Assembly (NCBI GenBank): GCA_964016885.1
Contig: OZ024743.1
Coordinates: forward strand, 8,184,001-8,248,000
Direction of reading: 5' to 3'
Source of the DNA: Eledone cirrhosa
Taxonomy: Eukaryota
Length of the DNA stretch: 64,000 bases
Shown here: positions 15,761 to 30,232 of the stretch, one piece after another
Numbering within the stretch: position 1 is the first letter of the stretch
How the letters are laid out: each line of letters starts with the position of its first letter
Notes under the pieces: generated by a model
The model's database searches: none
Seen by the model: only the letters and a program-made list of their open reading frames with translations
What the model was told of the DNA's origin: nothing
Program-made: the position numbers and the translations under genes

Positions 15761-16113
15761 TATATCAATATTTTTGCTGAATGTGACACTCTGCTTCAAA
15801 GGAAAAGTGTTAAATTTTTTATTAGTTACTGTCATCATAATACCAACTCAATCTATTTTAAATTGAGCTATTTATTAGTATTAACCACCATAAAAACTAG
15901 TGCTAGATAAAACAAAACTCATGGGAGATTTGTCATGTACAATCCCTGTCGTTCGAAGTGTTTCAACTCATTATATTACATATGTGAAACCGTACCGTAT
16001 ATATATTTAATTTTTTTTCCACAACGATGTTGTTGATATTAATCAGCATCACCATATTCCCATCATATTCCCTATTTCAGTATATATTCTTTGTCTTTCC
16101 AACTGAGTAGAAT

Positions 16114-16160
16114 AAGCTTCACTGAGAAGGTCTAAGAAGACCGAAACATGTCTGTTGCTT
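16114..16160 (+). ncRNA. Decayed hammerhead-like motif
   Basis: aagcttca CTGAgaa ggtct-aaga-agacc GAAA catg TC tgttgctt; the core deviates from CTGANGA. Confidence 0.5.
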
Positions 16161-16562
16161 TCATCAATTGTCTTTAAGAACCAGATCCATTCCAATCTAC
16201 TCCCCCTATCTTGACCAACATTTTCAACAATTGAACATATTGAAGTTATCTTCGTTGCTTCTTGGCCTGAGATTTTAAACGTTTCTAGGGGGTGGAGTTA
16301 TCTACAAATAGTTGAATAATCTCGGTTAATCAAACACTTCTTATTCACTAGGTTACATGGGTGAAATAAACCCTAAGCTGACTTAGTAATTTTCTATAGT
16401 AACAGTTATATCTTTTATATCCTGTATACCTATTTTCAGTGTTTTGTTTTGTACAATATTTGCATACGAAACCTCTCCTGAGATAATCATAAATGTCCTG
16501 CACATCACATAAAAATAAGTTCATTTTATTGTGAGCAAATAATATTATATAAATCTGTGAAT

Positions 16563-16696
16563 GATCCGTGTCTAGAAATGTATGGTTTCTATAACACTTT
16601 TATCTTAGATATTGCTACTTATCTACCTATCTATCTCCATGTCTGCCTATATAACCATCAAACTATCTAGGTATTTCTCTCCCCATACCCTCTTTC

Positions 16697-16773
<77 letters not shown>

Positions 16774-16965
16774 AATGTATTTCTATGTGCATATATATAT
16801 TATATGTGTGTATGTGTCTGTGTATAAGTGAGTGAGATGGAGAACGTGAGATAAATATATAGATAGGTTTATGGGTTTGTAACCAGAAAGATAGATATAT
16901 TGGTAGATAAGTAGCAATTTAAGATGAGGGTATTATAGAAAACATACATTTTAGATACGGATCTT
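16563..16965. repeat. Diverged inverted repeat around a (TA)n tract
   Basis: gatccgtgtctagaaatgtatg..ttgctacttatctacc versus ggtagataagtagcaa..catacattttagatacggatc. Confidence 0.6.
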
Positions 16966-16967
16966 TA

Positions 16968-17017
<50 letters not shown>

Positions 17018-17104
17018 ATATATATATATATATACGTATGTGATTGACGGTTGAGAGAAAGGTGCACACAATACACCGAAGTTTTAATTTTCATTTATAT
17101 TAAG

Positions 17105-17148
17105 GCCAAAATGTGAGTTTCGCCTGCTTATCATAGGTTCATCAGGCA
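17105..17148 (-). ncRNA. Partial hammerhead motif in a short insert between (TA)n tracts
   Basis: Minus strand: gc CTGATGA a cct-atgataagc-agg c GAAA ctc; stems I and III pair poorly. Confidence 0.4.
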
Positions 17149-17178
17149 AGAACTATATTTGAGAGTGAGAGAGGCATA

Positions 17179-17281
<103 letters not shown>

Positions 17282-17640
17282 GGCGTCAGCATGACTGCGT
17301 GGTTAAGATATTCATCTCACAACCTTGTGGTCCCAGTTTCGTTTCCACTCCGTGGCAGCTTAAATCGGATCATTTATCATAGCCAATCCAAGTGAAATAA
17401 AATAGATTGAAACATGGATAAGCGTCAGATGGACAGTGTCTGTAATTCAAGAGTGAAGCCTTATAATAATTTGTTACATTGCTTCCTCTTGTGGTAAGGT
17501 TATATGTGTCAATGGAATGAGCATTCGTTGAGCTGATCGAAAAATAGGACACTCATACGTCATTCTCGACAGGAGATTCCATCACATAAATATGTATACC
17601 CACACAAATAAAATTCACACCAACTCCTGTGTATATGCAT

Positions 17641-17681
<41 letters not shown>

Positions 17682-17682
17682 C

Positions 17683-17714
<32 letters not shown>

Positions 17715-17717
17715 GTC

Positions 17718-17833
<116 letters not shown>

Positions 17834-18900
17834 AATATATATATATACACACATATATACTTAGGTATTTGCATCTCTGTGTTTGTGTGTGGTTGAGTTT
17901 GTTGTGAACATCAATATTTAGCAAATACAGACAAATATTTAAAGGTTTCGTCGTTTGCATCAGTAAACGATATGTTATTCGTTTCAGCTAATAACTCTCT
18001 TATCTTAAGCAAAGCATTGATCAAATTAGATTCAATTCATTTTCATTTTCTCTACTTTATATTTCTTATAGTTTAGAACTTTGTATAGCAAATGTTGGTA
18101 AAGAGAGTCAAATAATTGTACAGTAACCTGAAGATCTCGGGCGACAATCTCGGCTCTGTTGAACTGCACGAGTCATTAACGATCATCTAAGACGATTCAT
18201 ATAATCGTTCGACTCCACCAGTTCAGTCAGCTCCCGGTATTAATACACAATAAACAATAAAGAGATTTCAATCGATAAGAGGTTTCATCATGTACATTAT
18301 GAGATACGCTTTCAGCTTGAGTGCGGCGTCAAGTTGTCTGCATTGTAATTTTTTCAATTTTTCGAATCCCTCCCTACAAACACAGAATTCTAATTGCCAA
18401 ATGCATTCCAATTCACCCGCTTTTCATGCAATCCTATTTGGTCAATGTTTCATGTTTGACCAAAGATAACTAATGTCACATCACAGAGATTTAATTATCT
18501 AATTTTCTATTGAGAAATATGATGAAAGAAAATAACTTCCATCTCCAAATTTGAATTACAATACAGTATGTATTTCGTGATCATGATTTATTCTGAAAAT
18601 TATAGTATAACATCTGAATATAAACATATAGAATAACTTGAAAGTAATATCTTGCTGTTTTCATTGTTCCCAAATGTCATGGCATTTCATTGTCTGAAAT
18701 AGAAGTCTAAGAGCAAAACTTCAATTATATCAACTGTATAAAAACAAATATGGCTAATAATGTTGTGCTATATGCAATAGGGTTTCAGCATGTACACACT
18801 TATCTTTGATCCCGTCCGATTAAGGATGAAAGCTGAATGGGGATCAATTAGATATCTAAAGTCAGCATAAAAGATGAAGAAACTAACTGAAAAGCAAATA

Positions 18901-18978
18901 CAGAGTGTCCCCCTAAAATGTATATGCACTTCAACAACATTCTAATAAATATATGTATACATTTTTGGGGACACCCTG
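18901..18978. mobile_element. 78-bp Tc1/mariner-type MITE
   Basis: TA|cagagtgtccccctaaaatgtata ... tatacatttttggggacaccctg|ca; TIRs of about 24 bp. Confidence 0.65.
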
Positions 18979-19318
18979 CATATGATACAAACATTTTGCG
19001 TCAGATAAGAAACTGACAAACTTGAAAAAATGAAAGCGTTGACAAAATGAAAACATTTGCTTGCATGTCTTAATATGTTTATAACTTTTTTGATAGGGAT
19101 ACATGTTTTAGTAGAGCCCTGAGGCAAATTGTCTTTAATACTGAAATGTATGTTTTCAAAAGGCTTTGTATATATTATTAACTCCCAACAACAAGTCAAG
19201 ATTTGCATTCTTAAAAAAATTACATTCTTTACAAATATAGAAATTCCTTTATTCTAATAACATTGCAATACAAAGAGATATATCAGCAGACCTGGCACAA
19301 CTGATCCCACTCTCCTTT

Positions 19319-19840
<522 letters not shown>

Positions 19841-20639
19841 GGTTCGTGGTGTTATTAAAAGTTATGTGTTTTCATGTGTCTTCTCTAAGACCATCCGATT
19901 CTATCAGAACTTCGTCTAAGTAACAATGTTGGTATAACGTCTTGCAATTTATTGTTACACCTTCATACATTGGTGGCCGGATCATAGAGGTAACTTCGAG
20001 TGGCATGTACATGCACCATGTTTTACCTTCATTATTGACAAATTAGTGACCACATAGGTAAGCAGGTGCGTTTTCCAAAATTACTGACATCTTTACCTCA
20101 TGAGCAGAAGCTTTGAAGAGACCTTCCTCGTACTGATTATCTGTGAGCAACACCTGCAAGGTGAACAACTGATACCCAACTAATACTTCAACTAATACTT
20201 AACCGTGGTGCAGCTGTAATTCTCCTAATGATATTGACGAACCATCTCCTATTAACTCGCTCTCTCGTCAGTCAGATGAAACCTCTATGAGTTAGAGACA
20301 TGCCTAACCTACCTCCAATATATCAAATTTAACTGTCATATATTACAGGTAAATGAAATATATAATTTACGGTATAAGCTTTTTTTAAATTTTTATATAA
20401 TGTAATGTTAAATAATCTTACTAAATATATATTTATATGTTTTATGTAATTATATGATGCTTGCAGTATTTTCTGTAATTTTGCTACTGTTCAACATGTT
20501 CAGTATATAGAGTGTATTGTTTCTAATATCGTATTTGGATACAATATTAATAACCCCTATCATCTCTTAACTTGAACTACCCGTTGACGCCGACAGCCTT
20601 CTGCTCTTCTTAATATTGTTTAACTAAGGTTAACTGTAT

Positions 20640-20670
<31 letters not shown>

Positions 20671-20715
20671 TATATATATATATATGACTAAGGTTAACTG
20701 TATATATATATATAT

Positions 20716-20771
<56 letters not shown>

Positions 20772-20775
<4 letters not shown>

Positions 20776-20888
20776 ATAATAATAAATTTGAAGACTAAAA
20801 TCCAAAGAAGGCTCGATAAGGATAATCAGAAGATCCCGTTAAGGGTGAAAGCAGCGATTCTTTGCTTAAACTTTAATCTGTTATTTTA

Positions 20889-20894
<6 letters not shown>
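20772..20894 (+). mobile_element. Short (TA)n-inserted element with a decayed hammerhead
   Basis: aat c[a]gaaga t ccc-gttaa-ggg t GAAA gcagc; same ends as 54995-55170. Confidence 0.6.
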
Positions 20895-20978
<84 letters not shown>

Positions 20979-21024
20979 AGGAAAAGCGAAGTAGTTTCAG
21001 ATGTTCAAGTCCTTTAATAATAAT

Positions 21025-21098
21025 GCCGTGATATATATTTCAATGGCGACACTGGCCACACTGTTCTGTGTGCGAGTGTCGTGACATCATCAGACAGC
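21025..21098 (-). ncRNA. Type I hammerhead ribozyme (inverted copy of 22269-22342)
   Basis: Reverse complement of the 22269 motif; one change (acggc versus acagc) keeps stem I as a G.U pair. Confidence 0.8.
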
Positions 21099-22268
21099 TT
21101 GTTACATAATAAGGTTATGTTTCCGAGGCAATCCAAATTGAATCGACATGGGAACGGATGAAATGCGTGCTTTTGGGTTTATCACCCGTTCCCCTGTGAG
21201 TACCAATTCACCCCCACCGGTCTGCGCGTGCGCATGTCCGAAGGAAGTTGACCATTGGCTACCGCAGATTTTAACGGAATTCGCTTAGTCATTTCAGCCT
21301 CTCAGTGACACAATGGCCCGTACCATAGTTTACTGCTACCCATCACGACTGTGGTAGTCAGTCGAAAGCCAGAGGGGGTGGGAGAGTGTTAGTTTTTACA
21401 GGTCCTAATACTACCTCTCACCTAGCGTGGACAGTACGACTGACCTTCAACTCAAAGGGAAAATAAACTTAATTCTAGGTATCATGATTTTACATTGTAA
21501 GTTAAGAGTGAGAGTTGGAAATAAAAATTAAAGTCCTAAATCAAGTATCAGAAATTATAAATTAAACAATTAAAAAATTAAAAAAATTAACAATTAGTAA
21601 TTAAAAGTTAGAAATTTTTTTTTTCTTCCAGTGAGAATTCGGATTGAGGTGAGTAAAAAAATATAGATTGAAGTGAGTAAATAATATGGAGAGAGATGTT
21701 TAAGTAAGAAGTTCTGAGAGGGGTTCTGGTGTCACAGTTACTCTATCCACATATTGAACGACAGTGCCGTACATTAGAACGGAGGGTAAGCTACAGCATT
21801 CAAGGCATTAGTCAATCTGGTACAGTCATAATTTCCATCACATGGAACAATACCAAAGAAAAACAGACATAGAAGAAAAAATGCAAAAACACAGAGTACA
21901 TATATGCAAAATGATCCATATGATGGTCAATCTGTCCATGTATAGATTGAATTGAGGGGGCTTCTGTTCATATGCGATTTGGTGCAGGGAAATAGGGGTT
22001 TATCTTATTTTTTGTTTCTGTGTATTTATCCTGCCGAAAGTTACTATTAGGTCCGTCCAGTTTCAGGGGTTTCCATCTCCATGGTAGAGGGAATTTCCGG
22101 GGCAGCTCATGGTTGGTTCCTCTCTTCTCCACCATATCGGTTACATCGTAAAGCGCTCAACTAATTGGAGCTAAATTATTGGTGATAAACCCAAAAGCAC
22201 GCATTTCATCCGTTCCCATGTCGATTCAATTTGGATTGCCTCGGAAACATAACCTTATTATGTAACAA

Positions 22269-22342
22269 GCTGTCTGATGATGTCACGACACTCGCACACA
22301 GAACAGTGTGGCCAGTGTCGCCATTGAAATATATATCACAGC
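22269..22342 (+). ncRNA. Type I hammerhead ribozyme
   Basis: gctgt CTGATGA t..cgacact..cacac..gtgtg..agtgtcg..t GAAA tatata TC acagc. Confidence 0.85.
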
Positions 22343-22560
22343 ATTATTATTAAAGGACTTGAACATCTGAAACTACTTCGCTTTTCCTTATTCGATATTT
22401 ACTCCGTCACTCCTATGTGGAAAAAGTAACTTGAGTGCTTGAATTGAATTGCATCAATATTTACCCTAATATATATATATATATATAAATCAAGGTCAAG
22501 CAAATAGATAAAAAGTTTTAAAATAAATTTCAAAATGTTTTACTGTACTTACTATATGTG

Positions 22561-22640
22561 ACTTTACCGCGGTTTCTGATCCCCAAATAAACAGATAATC
22601 CAAGCGGATTTCCATTGAGAAAGATATCGTCGTCAGAAGT
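22561..22640 (-). ncRNA. Hammerhead ribozyme in the loop of a fold-back (arms 22487-22550 / 22637-22701)
   Basis: Minus strand: actt CTGACGA c gat...atc a GAAA ccgcgg TA aagt. Confidence 0.75.
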
Positions 22641-22809
22641 ACAGTAACATTTTTTTGAAATTTATTTTAAAACTTTTTATCTATTTGCTTGACCTTGATT
22701 TTATATGTTCTGGCTTGTTAAGTAATTATCTTGCCATTGAACCACACTGGCATACCGGTTGGACAATACTTGTATCCCTGTGTGTATTGTTTACATATAG
22801 GAATATATA

Positions 22810-22856
<47 letters not shown>

Positions 22857-22857
22857 A

Positions 22858-22939
<82 letters not shown>

Positions 22940-22943
<4 letters not shown>

Positions 22944-23058
22944 AAATGTTTAACCCGTTTCGACGGCTTGAGCTCTGCCGTCGGGGCTAAACATTTTTCT
23001 ATTACCCACTCTGGTGCGTTATGGTCCATCTGGTTCCTTACCACATCTCCTTCGTTAT
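22940..23058 (+). mobile_element. Fold-back remnant related to 50856-51046
   Basis: Hairpin gacggc-ttgagctct-gccgtc and tail ctattacccactct..tggtgcgttatggtcca.ctgg; in (TA)n. Confidence 0.6.
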
Positions 23059-23144
23059 ATATATATATCCCCACTCTCAAAAGCGTGAACCTAATAAACC
23101 TTTATTTGTCTGCCTCTCTGTTTTGTTCCCGCATAAATTTGCAC

Positions 23145-23175
<31 letters not shown>

Positions 23176-23212
23176 GAATATATATATGTATGTAATTATA
23201 TATGTGTATATG

Positions 23213-23273
<61 letters not shown>

Positions 23274-23281
<8 letters not shown>

Positions 23282-23708
23282 CGTAAAATAAGAAAATTAT
23301 AAAATTAACTTACTTACTTAAAAATCACTTCCAACTAATTAGTTTCTGGAATGGAGTAAATATATTTTCCGAAGAATCATATAGAAAATCATTCCGTCAT
23401 CAGGAAAGTCTTTTCCGTATAGATTCTTTTTGAATTTGCCACAGACGAAGAGGCAGTGATTTTCTCAATGGCTTGGATTCCAGTCCACGCTTCGCTATTT
23501 CCATTCCACTGAATTATTTTTTTAATAAGTTTCCAGTGTCCTCGCTATGCCTGGAGACCTATACGGAAAAAGACTTTCCTGATGACGGAATGATTTTCAA
23601 TATGATTCTTCGGAAAATATATTTACTCCATTCCAGAGACTAATTAGTTGGAAGTGATTTTTTAGTAAGTAAGTTAATTTTATAATTTTCTTATTTTACG
23701 TCTCTCAT
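23274..23708. mobile_element. Fold-back element (arms about 23274-23421 / 23560-23708) with two opposed hammerheads
   Basis: Near-perfect inverted arms of about 148 bp; homologous to 26125-26410; left end abuts (TA)n. Confidence 0.8.
23327..23409 (-). ncRNA. Hammerhead ribozyme with long stem II
   Basis: Minus strand: actttc CTGATGA c ggaatg...cattcc a GAAA ctaattag TT ggaagt. The plus-strand twin at 23573-23655 has GAGA instead of GAAA. Confidence 0.75.
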
Positions 23709-23821
23709 ATTATTGTTCTGCAACCCCATGCATTGAACCACATTGTTAATAAGACAAAACCTATATATTTGCTAGCATTGATATGCATCTGTATGTATAT
23801 AAATGTTACTAGATATAAATT

Positions 23822-24600
<779 letters not shown>

Positions 24601-24640
24601 TATATATATAAATCAGGAAAGAAGGTTTACATGGTTTGCT

Positions 24641-24785
<145 letters not shown>

Positions 24786-24870
24786 AAAGTTATATTTTAA
24801 ATTGTTGGGTTACAACTAGTAAATATTTATAACTGATATAAAAGCACTCGACAAATATTTGGAGTATATT

Positions 24871-25229
24871 TACAATATTAAATAAATGGAAACTATATTT
24901 ATAAAACCATATTTATTTCATTATATATATTTCGGGGATATCATATTAACAATATGCTATGCCTTCCTCAGACAAAATACAATATAATCAGTTTTATAGA
25001 TAAATATATTCGACATACCGTTATAACACCGACTTGCATTTGCCAGTTAAACCTCTTCAAATGCAAGTCGGTGTTATAACGGTATGTCGAATATATTTAT
25101 CTATAAAACTGTTTATATTGTATTTTGTCTGAGGAAGGCATAGCATATTGTTAATATGATATCCCCGAAATATATATAATGAAATAAATATGGTTTTATA
25201 AATATAGTTTCCATTTATTTAATATTGTA
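24871..25229. mobile_element. Near-perfect fold-back (172-bp arms, 15-nt loop) with two opposed hammerheads
   Basis: Arms 24871-25042 and 25058-25229; loop ccagttaaacctctt. Confidence 0.85.
25121..25186 (+). ncRNA. Hammerhead ribozyme (inverted twin at 24914-24979)
   Basis: tattttgt CTGAGGA a gg.ata.catatt-gtt-aatatg.tat.cc c GAAA tatata TA atgaaata. Confidence 0.8.
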
Positions 25230-25822
25230 TATATATATATATTTATGTATGTATGTATATGTGTTATATACTTATATTGACTGTTGAATGGCTCTGTTAT
25301 ATTTAACCATTCTGTCGAGAGCTTTATTCGATTTGTGATATTTTGCATTCTCGCAATAATACACAACTGAATCATTCGCTTAATAGAGGTGTTACCTCCC
25401 TTGCTGAATCCCACGAGGGGTCAGTAATAGCTACACTATCTATAGCATATTGGAGCAAAACCCGTTGAAAACACGACTGCCTTGTTCATCATCTCACCAG
25501 ATGCCCAACATTCTTTATGTAGGCGGACAGTACCTGATTTGGAGTCGCAGAAACCAATACTGGATTTTACCATCAGTCCAGGGTCTGGGAAAGTATCAAC
25601 ACATATATTTTTATTGTTTGACCCGAATTACTTGGTCGTTTTGATTTTGGGTGTGCGGATGATATGTTTAACCATCATCTCAGTGTGTTTGGCCCTTAAC
25701 GTATGTTGTAGCTCTGATTCATATGATTCATCGAGCGCTTGCCACACATATCGGACGTTGATTTTCGTTAATTCCTGAGCTGAAAACGATTCTCGCTAAT
25801 TTATATTTATATATATATATAT

Positions 25823-26402
25823 ATTATAAAGAATTAGTATATCTAGTAACATATATATATACACAGATGCATACTTATGCTAGCAAATATATAGGTTTTG
25901 TCTTAGTAACTTTGTGGTTCAATGCATGGGGATGCAGAACAAATAATTTGGAGAAAATTATAAAGAATTAGTATATCTAGTAACATATATATACTAATTC
26001 TTTATAATTATCTCCAAATTATTTTGTCGAGCAAAAATTGGCCAAAACTGCTACTATAGTAACGGTCCGGCTGCTGTCTTCATAACAAACCACTCTTCAC
26101 TGATTGACCTCGATGTCACGTGATTGATTCTTTTGAATTTGCCACCGACGCAGTAGGCAGTGATTTTTTCAATGGCTTGGAATTTAGTCCACGCTTTGCT
26201 TTTTTCCATCCACTGAATTATTTTTGTATAAGTTCCCTGTGTCCACGTATTGCCTGAAAACTTAGCTGAGAATAGACTTCCCTGATGACGAAAGGCTTCT
26301 CCGTACGTTTCTTTAGAAACTATGTTTATTCCCTTTCAGAAACTAATTAGTTGGAGTGAAATTTTAGTAAGTAAGTTAATTTTATAATTTTCTTATTTTA
26401 CG

Positions 26403-26410
<8 letters not shown>
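25823..26410 (+). mobile_element. Composite non-coding element in (TA)n, related to 23274-23826
   Basis: 26125-26410 matches 23420-23708; 25823-25946 is the reverse complement of 23709-23826; internal hairpin 25942-26023. Confidence 0.7.
26276..26357 (+). ncRNA. Hammerhead ribozyme, same family as 23327-23409
   Basis: acttcc CTGATGA c gaaagg...cctttc a GAAA ctaattag TT ggagt; stem II covaries with the 23.3-kb copy. Confidence 0.75.
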
Positions 26411-26466
<56 letters not shown>

Positions 26467-27661
26467 GTATATGTCTGTATATATATATCAAGATGTTTGT
26501 GTGTGTAAGATATTTCGGAATTGAACAGAGGTGGTAGTATGACCAATAAGGTAAAAATGGGGCTGGATTATGATTAGTTGGAAAACATCACTATTCCAGT
26601 TGAAATACTTTTGTTGATACTTTTTCGTATTTTCCAGTATTGTCGTCTAGATCATTGCAGCACATTTACATCTGGTTTATATAGATAAATATATCACAAA
26701 ACCATTTTATATTATTGCCATCTGTCTATCACAGACGTTTTATTTCTTGTTTTTAGACCCTGAAATTTTATTTTTAGACTTAAAGGTTCTATGACCCTAA
26801 ACAAACAAAAACAAACAAACAAACAAACAAATTTTGAAAACCCTTGCTTTAATATGTACGCACACGCATGCATAAACACACGTACGCACTCATATATAGT
26901 CGCGCATATATAAACACTCCAACAGTCATGCACGTTAGTAAATGAATAGCATTGACGAAGTGTCAATCTTTCTAGGTCTTGTGTGTCCTTGTATCTGCCC
27001 GTCTGCGAGCGTGACACTTACAATCTTAAAAGTACAGCAACATTTACATAGTGTTGTTCTGAAGAGGTTTTATCATATTCATCATATACCGTCTATTTGG
27101 AAGTAGAGAGTGGGTTACACAAGTTTAACTAGTTTTTATTCATGTGTCATAGTTCAAACATGCATGCACACACACAAATCTTACATACGCTCACACATTA
27201 ACTAACCATTCTATCACTGACTTCTTAAAGGGTCAGCTTTATTCCCATTATGATTTCCCTTCTTTCACAATATAACGATGGCCTTCCAGATTTTTTCTTT
27301 TTCACACACTGAGCTAGCAATGAATGTCACTTTTGTGCCCCCCCCCCCCATCTTTTCTTTTCGCAAGAGGGCGTGTAATAGAAGGCAATGTAAATGGATC
27401 CTTCCTTGGGCTATGCAATAATTTATATTTTCTCAAAGGCATTCAGGATACGCCCACTCTTATAACACAGTTGAATAATTACAATCCTAACCACATTTTA
27501 ACTACTTCTGCACCTCATCTATTACAATGTTTTTCAGCCACCACGGAACTATGTCATTTTGCCAACCATAAACCCATTACACTCACTGGCCTCTTTACAA
27601 AGTCTCACCCGTTGACTCTAACTAACCCACACTCCTCCTCTTCCCATTACCACCACCACCC

Positions 27662-27713
<52 letters not shown>

Positions 27714-28324
27714 CATTACTACTACTACTTATTGTATAAACCAAAAAATTCAAAGCATTAAAAAAGAATGGCGCAAATGCCGGAGAATTTTCCAGTGTTG
27801 TGATTTGTGGTCATCAAATGTTGTTTACTCATTAATATATTTCAACAGATACGAACAATATTCAGATTAATGATGTCTTTTGACGAAGCTGGGCTGAAAG
27901 GCAATACTTTAAGGGAAGGTAGTAGTTAAATGAATACAGTTCGGAATAGTACTGATACTGACAAAATGAAAGCCTAAGTCGACTCTGCTACTTTTAAATT
28001 CAGAAGGTAGTTTGACAAATAAATACTGAACAGTATTTCCTCATTTCATCATCATAACATTGTTTATAATAATGTTTAACTTTTTAATAAGTTAGAAATG
28101 AAGCCTCTACACAGACGCTTCATCGACTAGAAATAATAACCAAATCTACCTCAAATCAAACCTTGCCGCATTATACAAAAACGCAAAATACATTGAATTA
28201 TGTGGTTCTAAATAAAATACGTCTGCAAGAATAATAAAAATAATAGTAAAAAAAAAAGACTGAAGACGGAAGGATCACGGTGGCTGCAACACTTCCGGTC
28301 GTAGTTCTGTTTGGTAGTATTTTG

Positions 28325-28640
28325 CTCCAGGTAGAGCCACTACTTCTCCGAATTGAGAGATCACAGCTCCAATATTACGGGCATGTCTCATGAAAGAATC
28401 GCTGAACAGATTTTACGGGTAGAACTAACCGGCAGGAGACCCAGGGATAGAAGCCTAGCAAGAGGGTTGAATAATACGCATGAGTTCGGCTGGTCTTGCT
28501 CGAGGATCCTACCGGATCAACTGGAGAAGGTTGCTTCTGATAGGACCTGCTGGAAGGAATATTTGAGGACTCTGCCACCCTGACCTTCCCAGAATTAAGT
28601 GGGCGAAGAAGGGAAAGAAGAAGGAGGAGGAGAAGAAGAA
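28325..28640 (+). mobile_element. RTE (Expander-like) LINE 3' end
   Basis: LQVEPLLLRIERSQLQYYGH...TGRRPR...DQLEKVASDRTCWKEYLRTLPP; (GAA/GGA)n tail; paralog at 53700-54030. Confidence 0.75.
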
Positions 28641-29352
28641 TGTTGTAAAAATGTTGTGTAATAACAAGCAATTGATTATCTATTTATGTAACCTGCGTAA
28701 TAGATTAGTATTAGTCATGAATAATAATTTTTCTATACTTTTGGCATGAGGCCAGCAATTTGAAGGGAAGAGAAAGTCGACCCTTGTGTGTATGTATATT
28801 TTGTAAACGTATTGTATATGGGTCCATATTTTCCTTTATAGTGATATTATGATTTCATTTTGTGTATGCTAATATTCTTCTTAATATAACTTAGTAAACG
28901 CCTACAAAAAGTAATATGTGACAAAACAATACAACATACAAATGTGAACAAAAAATAAGGCAGACACTTTATAAAATGAAAAAAACACACGCAATTTTAA
29001 TAAGTGAAAGCGATTGCGATAGTGTTTCGTGTGTGTTGTATGAGTTGTGATGTGTTTTAGCGACGAGTGGGGGTTGTGTAGAGATTGTGATGTGTGAAAT
29101 ATGCTCTTACTGTTTAGCTCCAAGCCAACCTTGAAAGAACAGACTTGTGATGAAATGTATACCAACCGTGATCAACCTGTCGGTTTATGGGTATGTAGAT
29201 TACATTATCTAATATTTTCTTCCCTCATTTAAGACGGTAGTGTTAGATTTGAGGAAAATCTACTTGCTATTTCCAACAGTTTGAGCAACGTCATAGGTCA
29301 CTCGTTGGGTTGTGTTATATTATAAAAGGTTGCAAACAGCAACCATTTAATA

Positions 29353-29735
29353 TAATTGTTTCTATTTTTGGCACAAGGCCAGCAATTATCCCAGTACATT
29401 ACTGGTACTTTATTTTATAGACCCCGTAAGGATGACAGGCAAAGTTAACTTCGGCGGGATTTGAACTCAGATCATAAAGGGCCGTAACTCTATGCTGCAA
29501 AGCATAGCGTCCGACTCTCTACTGATATTGCCAATCTACCATTTAATATAATTGTTTCTACTTTTGGCACAAGGCCAGCAATTACCCAGTGCATTACTGG
29601 TACTTTATTTTATAGACCTCGTAAGGATGAAAGGCAAAGTTAACTTTGGCGGGATTTGAACTCAGAATGGAAAGGGCCGTAACTTTATGCGTCAAAGCAT
29701 GGCGTCCGACCCTCTACCGATACTGCCAAACCAGC
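29353..29735 (-). mobile_element. Two tandem family A SINEs
   Basis: Same consensus as 9203-9616. Confidence 0.8.
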
Positions 29736-30232
29736 GAGTGACCGCTGCAACATGCGATTGCGTAGGATATGAGTTATGTGAGTTGTTGATGTTATATGAG
29801 GTGTATTATAGTATTGACTGCCAGTTATGTAAGAGTGTTTTGTGTTATTGGGTGGTTACTGTGCTCTGTAGGTATTGTTATATTATTGGGTGGAGTATAT
29901 GTTGCAGAAGTTGTGCAGATTGTTTATTGTGTGAGCTGAGCTGTTGAATTAAAAGTCTCGCGTAGTAAGTGGTCTAAATCTAGAATGGTTATTTTTGAAA
30001 TGTAGAATTGTAGGCACTGTTATAATGTGTATGCTTTTGATCATGTCCTTGTTTATTTTAGCTGATTCTGCAATTATTATTTATACTATTTTTATGTCAT
30101 ACTAGACGCCCTACATATTTCTATTTCTAGATTGCAGTACTTTGACAGTTTCCCGACTTTCTTCCAGGTCATGTTTTGGTTAGAAGGGATTTATATGTCT
30201 CTCATAATTCATTGGCTTGTTTGTTCCTGCCT

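Larger units (their letters stand above)
20975..22470 (+). mobile_element. About 1.5-kb non-coding PLE-like element with a roughly 212-bp inverted terminal copy (20975-21186 / 22181-22393)
   Basis: Near-identical inverted repeats, each containing a hammerhead; flanked by (TA)n(GA)n and (TA)n; no recognisable internal ORF. Confidence 0.8.
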
